DNA of 15,120 nt. It comes from Pseudobacteriovorax sp. (GTDB taxonomy: Bacteria; Bdellovibrionota_B; Oligoflexia; Oligoflexales; Oligoflexaceae). Location: positions 1-15,120 of the forward strand of contig JBNKNM010000131.1 in the NCBI GenBank assembly GCA_050293845.1, in the 5' to 3' direction. The notes below the pieces were generated by a model. The model saw only the letters and a program-made list of their open reading frames with translations. It ran no database searches and had not been told where the DNA came from. Both the position numbers and the translations under genes were made by a program. Shown one piece after another: positions 8,581 to 15,120 of this stretch (the stretch's first letter is position 1; the number at the start of each line of letters is the position of its first letter).

Positions 8581-8800
8581 GGTAAGAGATCGTCAGGCTA
8601 TTTTTCGATTGGCGATATTCTTGGCAAGGCCATATACAATGCAGTCAAAGTTAAAACGGACATTACAAGGCTATCGGCTAGAAATATTACGTTAACCGCA
8701 ATGGAGAATTTCGCATCTACGATGCGATCGTAGCCGCAAGGCTTCTCCATTCCTCCCGGCTCTAATGAGACTGGGTGTAATGCAGGGATTTTTGATAATT
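8581..8800 (+). mobile_element. iscB: Truncated IscB element: iscB C-terminal fragment (8581-8733) plus right end
   Basis: Translation from 8581 is GKRSSGYFSIGDILGKAIYNAVKVKTDITRLSARNITLTAMENFASTMRS*, matching the IscB C-terminal pattern (GKRSxGYFxIxDxxG...VxVK...RxxAR.TTL). It is followed by a diverged copy of the 1-101 end sequence. Confidence 0.72.
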
Positions 8801-8803
8801 TTC

Positions 8804-8830
8804 TATAATACCTTTTGTTAAAATAAGGAG
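8804..8830 (+). promoter_or_regulatory. Candidate -10 box and ribosome-binding site of the GH20 gene
   Basis: Perfect TATAAT at 8804-8809 and AAGGAG at 8825-8830 before ATG 8835. No convincing -35 box. Confidence 0.45.
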
Positions 8831-8834
8831 AGTC

Positions 8835-10499
8835 ATGAAGTACTTTCACTTAGGACTCAAGTTTCTCGGTATCGGTTTTTTCAGTTTCCTCCTACTAGCG
8901 CAGATCGGGAGTCGCGATGTGGAGATTCCTTCGGAGGACGACGTCGGATACGTGTCGATCCGTTCCAACGCTTCGCGCTACACCGATGGGGAGTCACATG
9001 TCTACTCTGATCCCGGTTCGGATGGTGCTGTGAAAATGAGCGCTAATCCTCCACGGACGATTCCTGCAGTTAGGGAATGGCACGCAGAATCAGGAACTTA
9101 CATGCTTTCAGATGAGAGTAGGATTGTGGTCGATGCCGCATTCGCTGACCAACTACAAGATACCGCCGCTGTGTTGGCCAAAGATATCTACGCATTGCGT
9201 GGCTATCCGATCAGGGTTGTCATCAGTAGCAACCATTCCCTCGGCGATATCTTTGTCACCTTAGATATAGCTGACGACAGCGTCGGAGAGTTCGGTTACA
9301 TGATGACTATCTCAGGAGCGGTTTTGATTGCAGCACCCGCGGATGACGGCGTGTTTTATGGAACCAGGACACTCCTGCAGATGCTCAGGCAAAGCGCTAC
9401 CGCCGAATATCGGCTCGCAAACGGTGTCATACGTGACTGGCCCGATTCTAGAGCGCGATGGCGTGCTCTACACCTGGATGTAGGACGAAAATACATGTCA
9501 GTCGAGTTTATCGAAAATCACATAAGAGACCTTGCCTATCTCAAAATGAACATGCTGCACCTGCACTTGGCAGATAACTTCGGATTCCGGCTCGAATCCA
9601 CTTCTCACCCAGAGATCACGTCTGTGCAGCATTACACGAAGAATGACATACGCCGGTTGCTAGAGCTAGCTAGACAGTATCACGTGACGATTATGCCCGA
9701 AATCGACTTTCCAGGGCATGCCGACTGGGCGGAATCCACACATGAGGAGTTACTGTTGGATGGCAGGGTCCTCGGAAACCAATACCGAGCATTCAATCTG
9801 TCATTGGAATCAACTTATACCTTTATTCACGACCTCCTGGCTGAGTACCTGCCGTTGTTTCCCGGACCCTATTGGCATCTTGGAGCTGATGAGTACATGT
9901 TTTTCAAGGAGTACAATAACTATCCTGAGTTGTCCGCTTATGCAAAAAAACTCTACGGAAACAGAGCCCATGGCATTGATACTTACCGACATTTCGTTAA
10001 CTGGGCCAATGACATCGTACAGTCGCATGGTAAGACCATGTGGGCCTGGGACGACGTACGTCACTATGTTGGCATCTTCGGGGTACTAAACATAGACACC
10101 AGCATCATACTCGATTTCTGGTCGAGCTTGTCATGGTTAGGGCACCCCGTCGTACCCCAGAAAACTGTAGACGCTGGATATCGGGCTATGAATAGCAACG
10201 ACGGATATACCTACTACGTTCTCGGCAAGAAATACGGGGATGTCACCAAGATATACGACAACTACGAACTGTCAAATTTTAGTGGTGGTAATGTGACAAG
10301 AAATCAAACCAAAATTCTCGGGGGCAAACTCCACGTATGGTGCGACGTACCCCATGCAGAAACTGAATCGCAGATCGCGTCAAACATCTTCGTTCCGCTG
10401 CGGGCGTTGGCCCAAAAGACCTGGAACTCGCCAAAACTCGTATCAACCTATGATTCTTTTGGGATACTTGCCGAAGAAATCGGCCGTGCACCGGAATAA
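8835..10499 (+). CDS. Secreted GH20 beta-N-acetylhexosaminidase (lacto-N-biosidase-like)
   Basis: 554 aa with an N-terminal hydrophobic signal. GH20b domain (TIPAVREW..GVFYGTRTLLQML). Catalytic barrel RALHLDVGRKY, MNMLHLHLAD, PEIDFPGH, WHLGADE (catalytic D-E) and HVWCD. Strong RBS. Confidence 0.95.
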   Translation: MKYFHLGLKFLGIGFFSFLLLAQIGSRDVEIPSEDDVGYVSIRSNASRYTDGESHVYSDPGSDGAVKMSANPPRTIPAVREWHAESGTYMLSDESRIVVDAAFADQLQDTAAVLAKDIYALRGYPIRVVISSNHSLGDIFVTLDIADDSVGEFGYMMTISGAVLIAAPADDGVFYGTRTLLQMLRQSATAEYRLANGVIRDWPDSRARWRALHLDVGRKYMSVEFIENHIRDLAYLKMNMLHLHLADNFGFRLESTSHPEITSVQHYTKNDIRRLLELARQYHVTIMPEIDFPGHADWAESTHEELLLDGRVLGNQYRAFNLSLESTYTFIHDLLAEYLPLFPGPYWHLGADEYMFFKEYNNYPELSAYAKKLYGNRAHGIDTYRHFVNWANDIVQSHGKTMWAWDDVRHYVGIFGVLNIDTSIILDFWSSLSWLGHPVVPQKTVDAGYRAMNSNDGYTYYVLGKKYGDVTKIYDNYELSNFSGGNVTRNQTKILGGKLHVWCDVPHAETESQIASNIFVPLRALAQKTWNSPKLVSTYDSFGILAEEIGRAPE

Positions 10500-11024
10500 C
10501 GTGCAACAGCAATCAGACGGATTTCCCGAATTATACAACACAGGGTATAATTTGTGCCTCGAGTTTATAAACTGTCAGAGCAATGAATCTTTTGCCAAAA
10601 CTTAGAGCAGACCAGCGATCCGTTAGCGGTGGTTGAGCCTGCTTTTGTCAAAACACAACATCGACACCCGCCTGATGCTGGAAGTACAATCATCGGAACG
10701 GGATAACTCCTCTACCTGAAGAGCTTCCGCTACCATTATATTGTTGCTCGTAAGACTTCACTTATTCACCTCTTCAACTATGAGATCTAGGCTTCATTTC
10801 TATGGGAGTCATTAGACGAGGTTCTAACATCTATGAAAATTTTGAGGGCTATATCGGATTTGTGCTATGATAGGGAAAGACTTTTTGGATGGGTACTAGG
10901 CGAATGGGATAACATCTTTTTAATTTTAGCCGGTAACTTTTAAAGAACGGATCGGGTCCAATCCTATTGTACTTCCTTGTTTTGAATGGCTAGTATGTTT
11001 CACAGTGTCGAGATTTGAGTCAAT

Positions 11025-11077
11025 ATTTCGCTCCCACTTGAGCGAAATGCCAGCAGACTGGCATTTCGCTGAGCGAA
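11025..11077. repeat. Overlapping inverted repeats (REP-like or terminator-like) downstream of the minus-strand operon
   Basis: Perfect 13-bp stem AGCGAAATGCCAG-caga-CTGGCATTTCGCT (11041-11070). Alternative stem ATTTCGCTC 11025-11033/GAGCGAAAT 11040-11048. Also TTCGCT-g-AGCGAA 11065-11077. No U-tract follows. Confidence 0.75.
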
Positions 11078-11092
11078 GGCAGAAACCGGGAT

Positions 11093-11932
11093 TTAGTTGA
11101 TCAAGACTTCAAAGGCATTTAAAGTTTGTACTACTCCACCCCAAGGTATCATGCAAATGCCATCTGCAGATAAAAATCCTGGATGCAGACCATTGAAAAT
11201 GTTTCCGCGACAGATAAATAAATCTGATCCATTCTGTGATCCGTAGGGATCTATTTCTTCAGGGATGTTACCCGTGCTTGCACTTTGCCAAGTAACACTG
11301 TCGGCAGTCACGAACCGATAAAACGGCTCTGAAATTTCTTTGCCATTTAAAGCAATGTTGCAGGCACCAATATGGCGACCATATTTTCCTGGAATCAGGT
11401 CTTTACCAACCAAAGCCACACACCCCCACAGTGGTGCTCCATCAGGCTCATGACCGATAGATGCTGCCTCGCTCAGATTTTTCGTTATCTTGTCATCGAT
11501 GACTGCAAAAGGATCAATAATTTCGTAGGCAAAGGACGTTCCTAAAGCACTTAAATTACCAGCATCATCATAGGAGCGGATGGTTAGGTATCCCTTTTCT
11601 CCCTGCTTAAGACTGGTCGTCATTGCTTCCACGCGCTTTTCTTCAGCACCAGAAATGATTTTAAAATCGACTTCAACAGCCTGTTGCCATTGGATCTCCG
11701 TGTTTATAACCATTGCTGACTTTCGGATATAGTAGCCGGAAGCCTTACCATCCCATTGATCATCACCCGATCCGATCCAGCGCAGCTTTGCGGTTCCTTC
11801 GAATTCTGATTCAACGATTAACTGCTCTGGCTGGCTTGGATTCGTAGTATCGGATTGGGCTAGAGAAAGGCTAGCAAACCAAGGACCTAAGGTCAAACAT
11901 CCCGTAAAAATAATCTTAGAAAACATATTCAC
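11093..11932 (-). CDS. Secreted protein with a fibronectin type III-like domain and C-terminal DM9/DUF3421 repeats
   Basis: Signal peptide ending ..ASLSLA. LRWIGSGDD..GKASGYYIRKS..IRSYDDAGNLSAL is FN3-like. GHEPDGAPLWGC..IPGK..CNIALNGKE and GSDLFICRG..LHPG..CMIPWGG..FEVL form two DM9 repeats. GAGGAG at 11944-11939 favours GTG 11932 (or ATG 11926) over the track's start at 11953. Confidence 0.85.
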   Translation of the reverse strand: MNMFSKIIFTGCLTLGPWFASLSLAQSDTTNPSQPEQLIVESEFEGTAKLRWIGSGDDQWDGKASGYYIRKSAMVINTEIQWQQAVEVDFKIISGAEEKRVEAMTTSLKQGEKGYLTIRSYDDAGNLSALGTSFAYEIIDPFAVIDDKITKNLSEAASIGHEPDGAPLWGCVALVGKDLIPGKYGRHIGACNIALNGKEISEPFYRFVTADSVTWQSASTGNIPEEIDPYGSQNGSDLFICRGNIFNGLHPGFLSADGICMIPWGGVVQTLNAFEVLIN

Positions 11933-11959
11933 AAGATACTCCTCGTTTCTCAAATTGAA

Positions 11960-13297
11960 TTAATAATTTATGCACCAATTAAGTTGATTATCGTCGCTAT
12001 CTAGGCTGATGAGTTTACAAGTGAATTCTTCCCAACAAGAAAATTCATCACCGAACCCGCCACTATAATCATGGCATAGTTTCGCGGTGGCATTGACACC
12101 AATGGAGATGCTCACATCAGATTGAGAACTCCATCCTCGCACCATGGTATACAATAAACGAGTGGAAGTGCTGACCTCTGTGGCGCAGGTCTCATTGCTA
12201 CCATACAAGAATGGAGCACAGTCGTAATGATTCAAATCAGGTTCTTCACCGAATCGAACAAAAAGATCGGCGTCGCCGGTACCGCGGAGATCAACAGTAA
12301 CAGCTTCTCCCGGTCGTACTTCAAACGGTTCTGTCTGCCAAACATCATTGCGAGCCAAGGTTTGTTGTTCCGTTAGCTTATTGATGGAAATAGTGGGAGC
12401 CTCATAATCTATTGGTGAAAACCAACAACGAGGACGAGCTGAGCGACTACCATCATAACTGTGGCAGGCAAATGGTTCCGCTTCAATAAAAGCACGAAGA
12501 TCATAGTGATTGCTGAATCTCTTACCAGGAATCAGGGAATCATCCCAAGTGACGTCACACAATGCACCTGCCAAGTACGTATCTAGCCGGCACTGTGGTT
12601 GGGGATGTGGCGTGAATGTTGTACTAACCGTCCTTTCATCGGGGAACTCGAATCTAGGCTCACCTCCTTTTATCGACGCCAGTAGAGTTGCCAAAGATTT
12701 TGATGCCAAAGCAATGCGATAGCATAGGTTTTGCTCATTCTCAGTAATGTAAGTTTGGTCACATAAGTTTTTGGCAATTAGATTGTCTTGATCTAAAGAG
12801 ATAAGATCCCTTGACTCTCTATTTTTTACAAAATCGCCCCCCCATATTTTTTTTGCACATGCTAATGTGGCAAAATAATCAGACTGTCCTTCGCTAGCTG
12901 CCCATCGTCCCGGATAGAATGCAACCCCTCCTAGGTGATGCCCAAGTTCGTGACAAACGACTAAAGCGAAGCCATCTGGAGTCGTTGGTTCTGCACGGGC
13001 TAGCCCTCCATACATATTCAATATCCAAGCACTACCCGCCTGAGAGGCCGATGCATTCACCGTTGGGTCACTCCATAGTCTGTTGATATGAAGAGTTCTA
13101 CCAAATTCATTTCTAATTATGGGAGCATAAACTTCCTCTGCATCATCAAGTATTTCATTAAATTTTTGCAGGGTAACATCACTATTCATTAGGCTAAACC
13201 TTAGATGTAAGTCATTTTCCGGCATAAAAGTATGTGCCGCGGCGAGCCAGGACCATAGCCCCGTAATCATTGCCAGAGCAATTTGTTTAAAATCCAT
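11960..13297 (-). CDS. Secreted zinc metallopeptidase (HExxH) with a pre-peptidase C-terminal (PPC) domain and Cys-rich tail
   Basis: Signal peptide; VNASA..MYGGLAR..VVCHELGHHLGG..SEGQSDYFA..HPQPQCRLDTY; PPC motif GTGDADLFVRFG..P..YDCAP..GSNETC. AGAGGA RBS upstream. Confidence 0.9.
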   Translation of the reverse strand: MDFKQIALAMITGLWSWLAAAHTFMPENDLHLRFSLMNSDVTLQKFNEILDDAEEVYAPIIRNEFGRTLHINRLWSDPTVNASASQAGSAWILNMYGGLARAEPTTPDGFALVVCHELGHHLGGVAFYPGRWAASEGQSDYFATLACAKKIWGGDFVKNRESRDLISLDQDNLIAKNLCDQTYITENEQNLCYRIALASKSLATLLASIKGGEPRFEFPDERTVSTTFTPHPQPQCRLDTYLAGALCDVTWDDSLIPGKRFSNHYDLRAFIEAEPFACHSYDGSRSARPRCWFSPIDYEAPTISINKLTEQQTLARNDVWQTEPFEVRPGEAVTVDLRGTGDADLFVRFGEEPDLNHYDCAPFLYGSNETCATEVSTSTRLLYTMVRGWSSQSDVSISIGVNATAKLCHDYSGGFGDEFSCWEEFTCKLISLDSDDNQLNWCINY

Positions 13298-13551
13298 AAT
13301 ATATCCTCTTAAAGAAAGTCAGATAAATAAAAACGTAAAATTTCTCCGAAGCATATCCAATTTCGATAGATTAGTCGATTAGATATCACGAAGGAATTCT
13401 ATCTTTTTCCGCTTTCAAAAGCATAGATCGCTCTTCATGACGAGTTCTCACTGAAGTCAACTTCATTTTAATTCAAAAAAAAGAAATTTTGTTTACTTAT
13501 GTCTTTATGGTTGTAACTATTAGTAAGCATTTCATTGTTAATTATAAAAGA

Positions 13552-13605
13552 ACTATATTAATTATAACTACGGGGAGGACTATTATAATTATAACTACAG
13601 GAGGG
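13552..13605. repeat. Two imperfect 27-bp tandem repeats
   Basis: ACTATATTAATTATAACTACGGGGAGG (13552-13578) and ACTATTATAATTATAACTACAGGAGGG (13579-13605). Confidence 0.75.
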
Positions 13606-13611
13606 ACGATA

Positions 13612-13691
13612 TACGGGGTACCACCCCTATGACTGTCGCCAGTCAACACGCTGATCTCACCATGCCTGAGAGTTGGCCCCTCATACGGCTC
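13612..13691 (-). ncRNA. Degenerate group II intron domains V-VI (3' end)
   Basis: Minus strand GAGCCGTATGAGGGGCCAACTCTCAGGCATGGT versus the DV consensus GAGCCGTATGAGGGGAAACTCTCACGTACGGTT. DVI-like hairpin TGACTG-GCGA-CAGTCA at 13645-13630. It lies just downstream of the RT remnant. The exact 3' end is uncertain. Confidence 0.8.
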
Positions 13692-13759
13692 ATGGTTTCT
13701 AAGAAACCCGGCCACTAACCACATCAAAACACATGCACAAGTGCTCCGACCTCTCCCTT

Positions 13760-14950
13760 CACTTTCCTAGCACGTTTGGCAAAGTAATTATGATAGTCAA
13801 GATCAAAGGGATAGCTTTTGTTTTGATCTTCACGTGACGACGTATTGGGATGGAAGCCGCCCATACCAAGCTTAAAAGCCTTTTCTCATTTTTCGTAGAA
13901 ACAAGTTGGAAAGAACTCCTTCAGATGATCAACATAATTGTACGTTTTCTTTGACACAACGTGACAAAAGTAGTTCGACAACCCTTAGATTATAGGATTG
14001 AGAATGCGAATCTGATTCTCAGCCTTGCTGCTACGCTGCCTCTTTATAAGCTTGTGAACTCTGCACAGGAAAGTTTTGATACTCTTTGGAAGGTTTGATC
14101 AGCAGTTTACCGCCATACTTCCTGACATGATGCCCAAGAAAGTCGAAGCCCTTGCCAATGTTCGTTACAACTGTTTTCTTTTCAGATAGTGCCAGTCCAC
14201 GCTTCCGCAGAAACGAACTAACAACTGGTTTAACCCGTTGTTCCAACACCTCGGCATAGGTTACCATATGAACCTTGTCTGACTCCTTAACATTCTTGAC
14301 TTCAAACTCTAATCCACGCAAAGTTAGGTTTAACAAGCTGGGGAAATATTCCCTCCCTGAGGAGTCCCTAACAAAGTGGGAAAAAGTCTACCCCGATCCA
14401 GTAGCCACATTCTAACCATTTCCTCAGAACTAATTTGTCCATAGGAATGTACTTGACTAGCCAATCATGGATGATCTCATTGAACAAGATCTTATATCAC
14501 CTTCAAGCACGTACCTGGCTGACCTCTGTCTCGAGTAAATGTTAAAACACTGCTCGACAGCATCGGCAGATGAACGCTTAGCTAGGAAAACGTATTAGGA
14601 TCACACAAGGTCTCTGCCACGGGTTCTAGGCCCCATAGGTGCAAACTTTGCTGACCCCGACAAACCATGTTGGAAATACTTAGAGGGCGTTTGCCGCCGT
14701 TACTTTGGAATATAAACACTTCACAAAGGCCCGGGACGATACCCCCTGCGCTTAAGCTCGGATGCACCCTCAAACTTTCGCTTAGAGGTATTCCATAATA
14801 CACCGCCATCCTGGGGTCTGTGCCCCAGTGTTGCTGGAAACTCGCTTTACACCTTCATGTCGAGATTTTGGGCATGGATGGAGAAGCGTGGTTCATGTCC
14901 TCATTGCTTCCTGTATTCCTGATTGCAGATTTATAAATCAAAAATCTGGT
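13760..14950 (-). pseudogene. ltrA: Group II intron reverse transcriptase/maturase pseudogene with many frameshifts and YADD deleted
   Basis: Ordered motifs across frames: NLQSGIQEA, VKRVSSNTGAQTPG, SNGGKRPLSI, LEPVAETLCDPN, RSSADAVEQCF, YVLEGDIRSC, HDWLVKYIPMDKLVLRKWL, GTPQGGNISP, VTYA|EVLE, RGLALSEKKT, GFDFLG, LLIKPSK, LNPII, IPIRRHVKIK, PFD..YFAKR. No HNH domain before DV. Confidence 0.93.
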
Positions 14951-15120
14951 ATGTTCTACATGACTTTGGTGGTATCGCAAATCATCATCTTTGGTAGCAT
15001 CATCAGAGCTCGTAAGCGATGGTAAATCCACAGGAATTGGAGTAGAGCGGCGATGCACTTTTCTTGACAAGTCCACTGTTACAGAAAGGGTTATGGATTG
15101 GCAGGAGGGTAGGGGCTACC

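Noticed and set aside
8598..8849. 83-aa minus-strand ORF
   Set aside because: It is antisense to the iscB C-terminal remnant and right end, which explain the sequence better.
9718..10605. ORFs 9718..10089, 9810..10064, 10279..10512 and 10354..10605
   Set aside because: They are alternative or antisense frames of the GH20 gene, expected at its higher GC.
13542..13727. 61-aa hydrophobic ORF (..PVVIIIIVLPVVIINIVLL) as a small membrane peptide, or the repeats as a mini-CRISPR
   Set aside because: The ORF runs through intron DV/DVI, and its hydrophobic tail is a by-product of the AT-rich tandem repeat. The repeats are adjacent with no spacer, and no cas genes are present.
13760..14950. RT as a retron, DGR or defence-associated reverse transcriptase
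   Set aside because: The maturase-domain motifs and downstream DV/DVI identify a group II intron, and the RT is catalytically deleted.
14828..15076. ORFs 14828..15025 (+) and 14855..15076 (-)
   Set aside because: They partly overlap the frameshifted RT N-terminus and show no recognisable family, so they cannot be supported as genes.

Overview
AT-rich bacterial accessory region. The protein families suggest a Bdellovibrionota/Oligoflexia-like host, but that is inference. Intact genes: a reductase-less CYP102-type P450, a class I SAM methyltransferase, a CRTAC1/ASPIC-UnbV FG-GAP protein, a higher-GC GH20 beta-N-acetylhexosaminidase, and a secreted two-gene operon (HExxH metallopeptidase with PPC domain, then an FN3-like/DM9 protein). 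Decayed genes: a di-haem cytochrome c peroxidase/MauG-like gene broken by one in-frame TGA, a TIGR02594 pseudogene, and LamG and histidine-kinase fragments. Mobile-element debris not shown in the ORF track: two diverged copies of an IscB-type IS200/IS605 3' end (1-101 and 8581-8800) with a compensatory stem change, a probable orphan IS110 left-end non-coding region, and a degenerate group II intron whose RT has lost YADD. No complete novel system can be proven from the sequence alone. The best leads are the peroxidase plus Cys-insert FG-GAP pair, the peptidase plus DM9 pair, and the RNA-guided transposon remnants next to the GH20 gene. All family assignments come from motif recognition, not database searches.
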